This document shows, in pieces, positions 38,455-47,840 of a stretch of DNA of 64,000 nt (position 1 is the stretch's first letter; every line of letters begins with the position of its first letter). The notes below the pieces were generated by a model that saw only the letters and a list, made by a program, of their open reading frames with translations, ran no database searches and was not told the origin of the DNA. This DNA is from a bacterium. Lineage in GTDB: Bacteria > UBA8248. The position numbers and the translations under genes are program-made. The stretch lies in contig OZ241875.1 in NCBI GenBank assembly GCA_965203325.1, positions 1,792,001 to 1,856,000 of the forward strand. Reading direction: 5' to 3'.

Positions 38455-38614
38455 CGCTTCCCTCCGACGGGTCCCGGTGGCCACGGTTCCCCGCCTTCAG
38501 CGTTACTATCAGGGCGCTACGACTTCCTGCCCCTGCATGTCCTTCGGCTTGTTGTTTTCGCCGGCCGGCTCCGCGGGCGCCTGCCGGGTTCGTGTCCGCC
38601 ATGAGGCGCTCCCG
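38455..38614 (-). mobile_element. Group II intron fragment (about domains I-end/II/III), no RT ORF
   Basis: Minus strand GGAAGTCGTAGCGCCCTGATAGTAACGCTGAAGGCGGGGAAC..GACCCGTCGGAGGGAAG resembles the AGTCG..ATAGTA..TGAAG..GG.AA..GGAGGGAAG D2/D3 pattern of bacterial group II introns. Confidence 0.6.
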
Positions 38615-38787
38615 CCGAAAGGCGGCGCTCCCTCAGGGTCACAGGCTTCGAGAGACGACGGATGGAAGCCCTCGGAAGGGAACCGAACCAGGGCTACGAG
38701 GAAGAAAGCGAACTCAATCGCAAGCCCTCTGCCGATATGCGAACCCAAAAAATTTCCGTCATTGATCGGACTGGACCCGCGAGTCCG

Positions 38788-38926
38788 CAAGTCTACCGTA
38801 TTTCGGGCTGCCCGGGATACGAACGATCGGTTTGTGAAGGCCCGTATATATAGGAGGTAAATCGGAGAAAGCCGGAAATTCACTGAAGATCCCTTTTTCT
38901 GCTGTGTATTCAGGAGGGCTCACTAC
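38788..38926 (+). repeat. Conserved 5' leader of lipoprotein cassette 2
   Basis: Homologous to 35690-35838. Confidence 0.85.
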
Positions 38927-40672
38927 ATGAAGTTCAGAGAGAAACCGACAAACAGGCTTTACGCTTTCGTGCTGGCGGCGGTGTTCGCCGTTGCGCTGGC
39001 GGGCTGCGGCGGGGGCGGATCGGCAGGTAACGGCGATGGTGACGCCATGACGACGCCGGAACCGACGGAAGCCCAGAAGCTCGCCGCCGCGAAGACCGCG
39101 GCGATGAGGGCGTACGAAGCCGCGAAAACGGCGCTGGCCGCCGTCATGGACGACGCGAGCCATGACATGGATTCCTACGGCAAGGCCGAAGAAGCCCTGG
39201 GCGAAGCGAAGGCGGCGAACGCCGTGGCCCAGGCGGCCACCACCTCCGCTGCGGCCGAAGACGCCCAGGCGATCGTCGAGGCGGCGAGAGACAACGTCGT
39301 GACGTACGCCGGGATGGTGACGGCGGCGGCGACGAAGGCCGCTCAGCGGGTGGGGCAAGAGGCGAAGAACAAGGAGGCCGGGACGAAAGAGACGGCCATT
39401 GCGGCCGAAGCCGATCAGGCGACCGACGCCGGTCTCGGCGGTGATGCCGGTCTTGGCGCCGACGGAGTTCCTGGCGGTGGCGATGATACGTATAGCCTGA
39501 GCATCAGCCGCGACCGCACGGGCACGAAGGTAACGGTTACCGTGGAGGGCGCCACCGACGCCGACGACGAGAAGTTCATGCAGGCCATGGACCTGGGCGG
39601 CGGACTCACCATGCACACGCGCGTGATGGAAGCGGATGACGACGGCGACGTGATGGAAGAAGTCGTGATGGTCAGGACCGACATCGAAGCGCCCACGGCG
39701 ACGGCGTTCGCTATGGTGGAGGGGCAGGCGCTGAATGCGCGTGACCTCGATGACGACGTGGACGCCGATGGGGACGGCAACCCGGGCAACGACTTTACCG
39801 CTCTCGCCATCGCGGCAGGGAACCTGCCGAAGATCATGTCGCCGGCGTTTGCCGCTGCAACCGGTGATACTGTCACGCACACCTTCGATTCCGACGACCC
39901 CGCGACTGACGAAGACGAGGCGGACGAAAGGGCCGGCACCTACAACGGCGCCATGGGCACCTACAGGTGTGATGGCGGCGTTGATTGTACCGTGACGCTC
40001 GATGGGGACGGTGAAGTAACCGCCATCGGCGCCGGCTGGGTTTTCACCCCCGATGAGGGCGCCACCTCCGACGTGCCGGACGCCGACCACCTGCACTACG
40101 GCTTCTGGCTGAAGAAAACGACGGACGAGGACGGCGTGCTCACCTACAACGAGGTCGAGACCTTCGCGGGTTCAAGCGTTGCCGCGAGCGGCGATGTGAG
40201 TGATGTTTCAGGAAGCGCGACGTATGAAGGCGGCGCCGTGGGCGTGTATGTGAAAAACGTGTACAAGCCCGACCGCACGCTCGACGTGGCCACCTCCGGC
40301 CACTTCACGGCGGACGTGAGCCTGACGGCGACCTTCGGTCAGCTAAACAATGCCGCCGGTATAGGAACCATCGCGCCCAACCTGCTCAACACCGTCAGTG
40401 GAACCATCGGCAACTTCACGCTGTCCGGCGGCGAGGAGAACGAGTGGAGCGTGGCTTTGCAGGGAGCTATTACTCCAGGTGATGGAACCGCGTCCGGCAC
40501 GGCCAAGGGCGGAGAAGGCGACGGCTCGTTCAGCGCCACCTTCCATGGGAGCGTGACGGCCGCGGCTGATGGAACGGTTCCCCGGCCCGGTTCCGTGGTC
40601 GGCGAGTTCAACGCCGGCTTCACGGACGGCTCCGTGGCCGGCGCGTTCGGCGCGCGGAAGACGGATGACTAG
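38927..40672 (+). CDS. Surface lipoprotein 2: short Ala-rich stalk + acidic TbpB-like barrel
   Basis: Signal nearly the same as lipoprotein 1 (YAF.LAAVFA.ALAGCGGGG); GSATYEGGAVG..GHFTADVSL.ATF..GTIGNF..WSVAL..GAFGA. Confidence 0.8.
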   Translation: MKFREKPTNRLYAFVLAAVFAVALAGCGGGGSAGNGDGDAMTTPEPTEAQKLAAAKTAAMRAYEAAKTALAAVMDDASHDMDSYGKAEEALGEAKAANAVAQAATTSAAAEDAQAIVEAARDNVVTYAGMVTAAATKAAQRVGQEAKNKEAGTKETAIAAEADQATDAGLGGDAGLGADGVPGGGDDTYSLSISRDRTGTKVTVTVEGATDADDEKFMQAMDLGGGLTMHTRVMEADDDGDVMEEVVMVRTDIEAPTATAFAMVEGQALNARDLDDDVDADGDGNPGNDFTALAIAAGNLPKIMSPAFAAATGDTVTHTFDSDDPATDEDEADERAGTYNGAMGTYRCDGGVDCTVTLDGDGEVTAIGAGWVFTPDEGATSDVPDADHLHYGFWLKKTTDEDGVLTYNEVETFAGSSVAASGDVSDVSGSATYEGGAVGVYVKNVYKPDRTLDVATSGHFTADVSLTATFGQLNNAAGIGTIAPNLLNTVSGTIGNFTLSGGEENEWSVALQGAITPGDGTASGTAKGGEGDGSFSATFHGSVTAAADGTVPRPGSVVGEFNAGFTDGSVAGAFGARKTDD

Positions 40673-40680
40673 AAGCTGAA

Positions 40681-40852
40681 GCAGGACGCCTTCGGCCTCG
40701 GGGCTTCGCGGCCCCGGGGCCGGGGCGATTGAAGGAGAACGAAAAGGGGGTTGCCCGTTGGTTGCTTCCCTCGTGATGGAGCAAACCGTACTGCTCCTTG
40801 CTATGAGTTTGAGTCCTCGGGCCGGGAGGGGGAACAACGGGCGGCCCCTGTT
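40681..40852 (+). ncRNA. Conserved structured 3' trailer, copy 2
   Basis: Second copy of 38140-38310; differences mostly in loops. Confidence 0.5.
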
Positions 40853-41684
40853 CGCTCATATGCCCGGTATCTCCGGTGCGCTTTCCTCGTCCGGGGAACC
40901 GGACTTGCCCCGCTTCGTGTTGCCGCGCATGGTCCGGGCCGGAGACGTCCTTTCGGGGCCTGATGCAGTCCGCGTCGCCGTCCGGCTCCTCCCGGGCGGG
41001 AAGACCCCGAGCCTCTTCCGCCGAGCGCCCGGCCCGCGCGTATTCGCCGCCGCCCCGTGTCGAAAGGCAGGCGCCTGACTTTCAGGGAGCGTCGCCGGAA
41101 CCCGGCAGGAGGGGGTACACATCCCGCTCTTCCGCGTGGTTAGAGACGGTGGGGGGTTCCGACGGCTATAAAATTTCCTGATCCCGTTGATATCATCGAG
41201 AAGCATTCATTTCCCCAGGGTCTCGTCCAGAATCCACCATTCGCAGCAAGTAATCAAAACGCAAACGAGGAGAATCAAGCCTCTGCGCATCCCGGGGCGT
41301 GCCTGCCGGATCATTGCGCCATCCCCCTCTTCCGGCCGGCCCGGGCAGCCTGATCGCGGCAATACTGCGGCGCTCCGCCTAGTGCGTGATCGAACCACTT
41401 CCGGCGTTCTTGTCCATGCGCGTCTCCCCTTTCGTCCCGTTCGCTCATCCCGGGTGCATACGGTAGTCCGCACCGCACGGAAACAAACTGAAAAACCGCC
41501 CGTTTGCAAGGGTTTTCGATATCCGCATTCCAGCGCCCGAGGGCCGGGGCGTTCATCGCGCGCCTCCCCCAGGCCCCGCGCCGGCGAGAGGCCGAGCTGG
41601 GCCGTGAGGGGGCGCGGGAGCCGGGGCCGGAGAGGCCGGGCGGCGTCCGCGTTCCCCTTTCTCACAATCCCGGAGGCGCGACCC

Positions 41685-42026
41685 ATGAGTAACCTCAAAC
41701 CGTCCCGCCGCGCGAGGCTCCTCGTACTCGCGGGACTTGGCCTGGCGCTCCTCGCCACAATCCTCTCTCTCGCGGCAGGCACCGGCCTCCGCCCCCTGGG
41801 GGCCGTCTGGGCCTGTTCGGCCCTCTGGTGCCTCCTCACTGCCCTCTCCTGCGCCCTGTGGCGGGGATTCCGCCACGGGGACTGGACGGCCTTTCATCGC
41901 TACGAACTGCCCGACGGGAAAGAAGAGGACTTCGAGTGGTCCGCCCGGACGGGACGCTACGCCTGGCGCCGCGAGCTGGAGGAGCAGGAGCTGTTCGGCC
42001 AGGACCCGGACATCCCCTTCCCGTAG
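41685..42026 (+). CDS. Small two-TM membrane protein
   Basis: GGAGG RBS before ATG 41685; two hydrophobic segments then an acidic tail. Confidence 0.55.
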   Translation: MSNLKPSRRARLLVLAGLGLALLATILSLAAGTGLRPLGAVWACSALWCLLTALSCALWRGFRHGDWTAFHRYELPDGKEEDFEWSARTGRYAWRRELEEQELFGQDPDIPFP

Positions 42027-42197
42027 AAAACCCTTAAGCCGAACGAAGACCACCCTGAACGAACGGACCGCCGTCTTTCCCGCCGAAGGTGCTCTGCGCC
42101 ACCGGGAGGCCGAGTCCGGCCGGGAGGGGGCGTCGGCGGGGCGTCCGGGAGAGGACGTTCTTCGCCGCCATCATCCACCCACCCAAGGAGGCGCGCG

Positions 42198-42494
42198 ATG
42201 CGTAAACCCGGACCCGAAGCGAGTACTTTCCTCACCCACCTGTTCGGCCGAGGCCTCGAGGACGAGCGCTACGAAGTGAAACGCTACAAGTCCGCCGATG
42301 GCGACATCAGGCCCGTGCCCGACAGGGAGACCGGGAGGCGCAAGAAGAAGAGAGCTACGGCCTCGCGGAAAGCCGTACGCGAGATGCGGCCCGCGCGCGA
42401 CGAGCTCATCGTCTGCACGGGGCTCCGGGTCCCCGGCAGCGGGCTGCAGCTGTGGGGCGAGCACCTCGTGTGGGCCCGGATGCTGTGCCGGTAA
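42198..42494 (+). CDS. Hypothetical protein
   Basis: AAGGAGG RBS upstream; 98 aa, co-oriented with neighbours. Confidence 0.45.
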   Translation: MRKPGPEASTFLTHLFGRGLEDERYEVKRYKSADGDIRPVPDRETGRRKKKRATASRKAVREMRPARDELIVCTGLRVPGSGLQLWGEHLVWARMLCR

Positions 42495-42587
42495 GGAACT
42501 CCCCCCGGGAGGACTTCCGCCCGCAAGACGTCTGGCCGGCGCGGTGCCGGCCGCACGGATTCCATCCACCCCAGGGAGGGAGGCGGG

Positions 42588-43397
42588 ATGCCCTACAAGG
42601 ACTTGGAAAAAGCCCGAGCTTACGAGCGCGAGCGCCACCGCAAACGCACCGCCGACCGACTCGCGCGGGGCATGTGTCCCCGGTGCGGAAAGATTCCTCC
42701 TGCGCCCGGGCGCAGTCTGTGCGAGCCCTGCCTCGAGAGGGACCGGGAGACCCGACGCGCCCGATACGCCGAAGCCCGAGCGGGGGGAGCCCCATATGGT
42801 GGACGCGACCCCGAGAGCCGCCGCCGCATGGCGCGCGAGAGGGCGAGGAAGCGCAGGCGCGAGCGGGTGGAGGCCGGCTTGTGCCCGCGCTGCGGACGCG
42901 AGCCCGTCGAGGGGGGCGCCGTCTGCGAACCCTGCCGGGAGACGAGGCGCGCTGAAGAACGAAAGCTCTACGCCGCCAGGAGAGCGAAAGGGCTTTGCGG
43001 ACGGTGCGGTGCGGAAGTCGTCGATGAGGCTTCGACGTGCGCTTCGTGCGCCTCAAAAGAAGAAAAACGCCGGCCGCGCAAGAACACCGCGAGCCGGGCG
43101 CGCTATCGCGACAGGCGGGCACGGTCGGTTTGTGTGGACTGCGGCGCCCATGCGGACGCAGGGGTGAGATGTACTCCCTGCGCGCGCCGATCGTATCACT
43201 CCTCGGGCGAGCACAAGGGCCTGCCCGTCTATCCGCCGCGCTTCATCGTGGTCGAACTAGCCACGGGCATCGAGCACGGACCTCTCGACTCCTGGGAGGA
43301 GGTTGCCATGTGCCTCGCCTTCGAGAAGCTCTCCCGGGATCAGGTCGAGATCGTGGTGGATGAGCCCCTCATCTCAACGCTAACTGCGTGGGAGTGA
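42588..43397 (+). CDS. Basic protein with four tandem C4 zinc-ribbon repeats
   Basis: CPRC..CEPC, CPRC..CEPC, CGRC..CASC, CVDC..CTPC separated by Arg-rich helices; GGAGG RBS. Confidence 0.75.
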   Translation: MPYKDLEKARAYERERHRKRTADRLARGMCPRCGKIPPAPGRSLCEPCLERDRETRRARYAEARAGGAPYGGRDPESRRRMARERARKRRRERVEAGLCPRCGREPVEGGAVCEPCRETRRAEERKLYAARRAKGLCGRCGAEVVDEASTCASCASKEEKRRPRKNTASRARYRDRRARSVCVDCGAHADAGVRCTPCARRSYHSSGEHKGLPVYPPRFIVVELATGIEHGPLDSWEEVAMCLAFEKLSRDQVEIVVDEPLISTLTAWE

Positions 43398-44082
43398 GCG
43401 CCGGCGGCCGCGCCTGCACGTGCCGCCGTCCGCTCGCCGGCGGGGGGCAGACCCGGCCGGGGGGAGGGTTTGCGCCGCCCGGCTGCGCAGCCGTCCGGAA
43501 GCCGTCCGGGTTCCTTCCCGCCGGGGGCGAAGAGATTACCACCCCGCCGCGCAGCCAACCGGACCCGGCGCGCCGCGCAGGACGGCGGGCGGGGGCTTGG
43601 CCGCAAGCCCGGATACGACCACACGCAACCTGGCAGAGCAGTCCTGCCGCCGGTGACGAAGGCGCCGAGCACAATCCCGACCCCCCAGGCGGCGCGGAGC
43701 TAACCCGGCAGCCGGCTCCGGCAGCATCAACGCCGACACCCCGGTCTGCGGCGCGGGACCACCGACGATAAACCTCACCGGCGGTGACAGGAACGCCGCC
43801 GCCCCGAATCCCACCCCACTCGATGCGTCTCCGTTCGCCCATCCCTCATCTCATCCGAACCCCGTACCAGGGGCGCGCTCGCCTGGTTCCCGGTTCCGTC
43901 CGCCTCCGGGGCTACCCGGTCGGGACGGAGGCCGCTCCCGCTCCGTGGGCGGTCATCACCGGACGTGAACCTTCCCGGGGGAGAGGTGGAGGGAAGCGGG
44001 GAGCCGGGCAAAGGCCCGGCAGGGGAGAGGGAGACGGTCTCCAGCTCCCGCCGCCGGGGAGAACCCGATAGGAGGCTTGGCC

Positions 44083-44214
44083 ATGTACGAGAACGACTTC
44101 GACGTCGATGTTCCCACCACGGACGAACTGCTCGCAGAACTCGGACTCGACGCGTACACGATCCGCAAGATCCGCGACGAGGCGGGGGGCGAGGAGGAGT
44201 TCAGGAGGGAATAG
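44083..44214 (+). CDS. Small acidic protein (43 aa; below ORF-track cutoff)
   Basis: AGGAGG RBS then MYENDFDVDVPTTDELLAELGLDAYTIRKIRDEAGGEEEFRRE*. Confidence 0.5.
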   Translation: MYENDFDVDVPTTDELLAELGLDAYTIRKIRDEAGGEEEFRRE

Positions 44215-44295
44215 GGCAGATCGGGGGATCGGGGAGAGAGGCTCCCCGGCCCCTACCACTTCATCATCCACACCACACTGTGAAGGAGTATTACA

Positions 44296-44730
44296 ATGGC
44301 ATTCGGACTCAACAGAGCAGAACTGATCGGGCGTCTCGGCGCCGACGTCACCGTCAACCATCTCACGAGCGGGGGGCGCGTCGCGAACCTGTCCATCGCC
44401 ACTGATGAGGGCTACGTCGACAAGCAGTCCGGCGAGCGGGTGGACAAGACCGAGTGGCACCGGGTCGTGACCTTCCAGCCCGGGCTGGTGGACATGTTCG
44501 AAAAGCACGCGAAGAAGGGCCGCCTGATCTACGTCGCGGGCAAGCTCCAGACCAGGCGCTGGAAGAAGGACGGGGAGGACTCGGATCGCTTCTCGACCGA
44601 GATCCTCATCGCCCCGGGCGGACGCGTGCAGTTCCTCGACAAGGTGAACGGGAACGGCAACGGCAACGGCGCGCACGCCGAGACGACGGCGGTGGCGGCC
44701 GGCGTAGTCGGGGACGAGATCCCGTTCTAG
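44296..44730 (+). CDS. ssb: Single-stranded DNA-binding protein (mobile-element type)
   Basis: LNRAELIGRLGAD, TEWHRV, GKLQTR.W, C-terminal DEIPF. Confidence 0.95.
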   Translation: MAFGLNRAELIGRLGADVTVNHLTSGGRVANLSIATDEGYVDKQSGERVDKTEWHRVVTFQPGLVDMFEKHAKKGRLIYVAGKLQTRRWKKDGEDSDRFSTEILIAPGGRVQFLDKVNGNGNGNGAHAETTAVAAGVVGDEIPF

Positions 44731-45128
44731 GCTCACAAGGGGCTGGCGCTTCGGCGTCAGCCCTTTTTCTCTGCTCCTTATCCAGAGGAAGTCCGCCATG
44801 CCCCGAACATCCTCTCCCGCGGCAGCCGCCCGCGCCTTTCCCGCCTTGCCGGCCCTCTGATCTACCGGGAACACCTGGTAAATCTCCGGTTCCGTGAACG
44901 ATGAACCGTGTTCCCGGAAGATCGGCATGCACCCTGCACTCATTCCATGTTCAGGATAGTGGCTCAGTCCACCCCCCGCTGCGGGAATTTCGGGCCGGAA
45001 AAGACGGCCCGAAATGACCCTTTCCGCAGCATGAGAGATTGTTTCCCGATGAGCTTCGCCTTCATCGTGAAACACCAAAGGCTCTTGTGTCCCGGTGGCG
45101 GTACTACCCTCTCTCTCTTAGCGTCCTC

Positions 45129-45294
45129 ATTTTAGCACGCACGGCGCGGGGTCAAGGGTGCTTTTGCAAAAAACGCAAAAGCATCTTTTTTCAGAAAAAA
45201 TCGGTGAAGCGTGGATTTTTTCCGCTGCGCGCCCTCCGGGTGAAAAAAGACTGAAAACCGCCCCTGACGCCCACGCCTAGCACGTGCTGAAAAT
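45129..45294 (+). promoter_or_regulatory. Long imperfect hairpin upstream of DUF4326/DUF2493 (Frpo/ssi-like candidate)
   Basis: TTTAGCACG..GGCGCGGGGTCAAGGG pairs with CCCCTGACGCCCACGCC..CGTGCTGAAA; inner TGCTTTTGC/GCAAAAGCA hairpin. Confidence 0.45.
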
Positions 45295-45341
45295 GGGGCG
45301 CTAAGAAGCGCATCCGTTAACTCTCTGGAAAGGAGAAAGGC

Positions 45342-45716
45342 ATGGAAACCACCGTGGTGAATCTGAACGACTACGTTGCTCCCCAGTTCGGCGGCGGCTT
45401 GCTGGTCAGGATCGACCGCAGGACGAAGTGGGGAAACCCCTTCCGCATCGGCCAGGACGGCGAGCGCGACGAGGTGATCGAAAAATACCGGCGATGGCTC
45501 TGGGAAAGAATCCAGCGTCAGGAGCAGGACCTCTACGAACTCGCCGACCTCCAAGGCTGCGAGCTCGGCTGCCACTGCCATCCCCTCCCGTGCCACGGCG
45601 ACGTACTCGCACGCGCCGCCGAGTGGGCCGCCAGGTATCTCGACGAGATGCCGAAAGAAGTGGGGCGCAACGAGCGTGGCTACGCTCTTCCCGAATTCAA
45701 CCATCCCCTCGCTTGA
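45342..45716 (+). CDS. DUF4326 family protein
   Basis: IDR.TKWGNPF.IG.DG.R.EVI.KY, LGCHCHPLPCHGDVL. Confidence 0.85.
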   Translation: METTVVNLNDYVAPQFGGGLLVRIDRRTKWGNPFRIGQDGERDEVIEKYRRWLWERIQRQEQDLYELADLQGCELGCHCHPLPCHGDVLARAAEWAARYLDEMPKEVGRNERGYALPEFNHPLA

Positions 45717-45737
45717 GGACAACCAAAGGAGTGAACG

Positions 45738-46673
45738 ATGACTGCCACCGCAATTCACGACCACACGGAACACGAAGCGCAGAATGAAACCTTCACCGCC
45801 ATGGTCTGCGAACAGGCCGCCCTCTTCGGCGCGACCCCCGGACCGGACGAGTTCGACAACCGGCCCGTGTGGGGCGAGGCGGAATCCACCGCCGCCGTCC
45901 TCAAGGCATTCCACCTGCTCGCCGAGGCAGCGCCCGACGGAACGCAACTCGCGGACGAGCGAAGAAACCTCCTGTGGGGCTTCGTCAACACCCTCGACGC
46001 CCAGACACAGCGGCTCGACCGCGCCGCCGACAAGCTCATCCCCGGCATCCGTGAAATGCAGCGCGAGCAGGACGGCTCCGAGATCAGGTCCCGCGAACTC
46101 GAACTCGCGACCGACCGGGCCGAGAACCTCACCGCCCGCCGCGACGCCTTCGAGGTGCTGCGCGACACGGCCGCCGAGGCCTACCGCGTCGAGACCGGCG
46201 AGGTGTGGCGGCCCCGGCGAGGATCTCACGTCAGCCAGACCGGCAAGCTCACATCGGCGGTGATCGAGGCGCGTGACTTCCAGCGCGCGAAAAAGGACCG
46301 CGAGAACACGGCCCACCTCCCCCAGGGAACCCTCGTCGCCGTCGCGGGCGGCAAGGAAGCCACCGACGCGGGTAAAATCATCGGCCAGCTCGACAAGCTG
46401 AAAGCCAAGTACGCCGACGTCGTCCTCGTCCACGGCGGCGGCCCCGGCGCGGAGAAGGTTGCAGCCGGCTGGGCCGAGCGGAACGGCGTCCACCAGATCG
46501 TCTGCAAGCCCGACTGGGACGCCCACGGCAGGGCCGCTCCCTTCAGGCGGAACGACGAGCTGCTCTCCCTCCTGCCGAAGGGCGTGATCGCGTTCCCGGG
46601 TTCGGGCATCACCGACAACCTCGTCGACAAGGCCCGAAGCCTGGGCATCCCCGTGCAACGCGTGGCCGCCTGA
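45738..46673 (+). CDS. DUF2493 (YspA/SLOG-like) protein, plasmid type
   Basis: GEVWRPRRGS, VLVHGG..GAE..A..WA, AAPFRRND, AFPGSGITDNL. Confidence 0.85.
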   Translation: MTATAIHDHTEHEAQNETFTAMVCEQAALFGATPGPDEFDNRPVWGEAESTAAVLKAFHLLAEAAPDGTQLADERRNLLWGFVNTLDAQTQRLDRAADKLIPGIREMQREQDGSEIRSRELELATDRAENLTARRDAFEVLRDTAAEAYRVETGEVWRPRRGSHVSQTGKLTSAVIEARDFQRAKKDRENTAHLPQGTLVAVAGGKEATDAGKIIGQLDKLKAKYADVVLVHGGGPGAEKVAAGWAERNGVHQIVCKPDWDAHGRAAPFRRNDELLSLLPKGVIAFPGSGITDNLVDKARSLGIPVQRVAA

Positions 46674-47061
46674 TGTGAACACTCCTCGGGTCGCGTCGTC
46701 GTCGCCCGGCGACGGCGCGGCCCGTTGCTTCCCGTGTCGTTCGTCTGCTTGTGATTAAAAGCGCGAGCTGCAGCGCCCTGTTCGCCTGCCGCTTGTGAAT
46801 CCAGGCGCAAGGTTCATCACTCTCACCCCTCTTGCCCCTCGCTCTGTCCGCTCAAGCGCCGCGGCGGCTCCCGCTCGCCATTCTCTCCGGCGTCGGTTCC
46901 CCCATCTCTCGTTCTCACGAATTCGGCAATCTGACGCCCTTCGGCGCTTCGGGTTTCACACCGGACGCATCGCTGATGCAGGTGTCGCGTTGGTGCGGCT
47001 GCCCGCGATGTGCTGTGAAAATTCGCATCCCCGGGTATTCCTGTCGCGCCGAGAAAAATAA

Positions 47062-47204
47062 TACCAATCTGGTAGCACACGAACCTTTTGAAATCATTTC
47101 ACTTAGAGAATCGCGTATGCTCATGTAATACGGGGAGTTCCTGCAAGATACCAAATTGGTAGTACACGGAGGCGCGCTGCGCTATGATGGCTACCATTTT
47201 GGTA
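47062..47204. promoter_or_regulatory. Three palindromic boxes TACCA-N3-TGGTA
   Basis: 47062 TACCAATCTGGTA, 47149 TACCAAATTGGTA, 47192 TACCATTTTGGTA, each followed by G; upstream of the RHH-like gene. Confidence 0.75.
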
Positions 47205-47335
47205 GTTCATGAAACGGCGTCAAGGGCATCGTTTTGGGGCCCGATGCGGGTGTGTTTGGTGCAGGAAATGAGAATTTTGCGGTGGTTTTGCGACCGGAAC
47301 GGATGAAAATCTTCACGACAGGAGCGGCGAAGCGG

Positions 47336-47650
47336 ATGGTTCAGACGATACAGAAGAACATCAGAGTCACGCCCGAACAGTGGAAACGAATTGAAAATGA
47401 GGCCGAAAAACGCAACATATCGCCCAATCGGCTCGTTGTCGAACTTGTAATAGAGGCATTAGATCGTAGCGAATGGCCCCGAACCGAAGCGGAAATCCAT
47501 CTGTTGCGGTCATCCATGTTCACTGCTCAGGCCATCATCCGCGACATAGAGAGGGACGGGCGAGAGGAAGAAATCGAACAAATCAGCAGAAATATCTCCG
47601 AAGTCGCGCCGGAATTGCCGGTGAATCTTTCGAAATCAGACACCCCATAG
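47336..47650 (+). CDS. Ribbon-helix-helix-like DNA-binding protein (mobilisation accessory-like)
   Basis: IQKNIRVTPEQWKRIENEAEKRNISPNRLVVEL beta-strand/helix/helix pattern; AGGAG upstream. Confidence 0.6.
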   Translation: MVQTIQKNIRVTPEQWKRIENEAEKRNISPNRLVVELVIEALDRSEWPRTEAEIHLLRSSMFTAQAIIRDIERDGREEEIEQISRNISEVAPELPVNLSKSDTP

Positions 47651-47840
47651 CTTGATTCTTTGGACTGCTAGGTGTGAACATAGAGTGGAATGTCCGTGGT
47701 GTTGGTCGCGTCAAAACCCAACCTTTCTGTAATCTGGAACTAATAGGAGGCTACGCGCTAACTCAATCCCGCACTTGACTATTTTTACATCTTCCTTCGT
47801 GGCAAACAGAACATGGCAAAACAATTGAAAGGCAACCGAT

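Noticed and set aside
38310..38830. Intact group II intron, retron or DGR diversifying the lipoproteins
   Set aside because: No reverse transcriptase ORF in the window and no TR/VR pair differing only at adenines.
36166..40096. Long minus-strand ORFs (36166-38295, 38759-40096)
   Set aside because: Antisense shadows of the lipoprotein genes in GC-rich DNA; no recognisable motifs.
34308..40852. Classical integron (IntI plus attC cassettes)
   Set aside because: The recombinase is Cre-like (Trp in the second His position, no evident IntI insertion); the trailers lack RYYYAAC/GTTRRRY ends; cassettes carry long leaders of their own.
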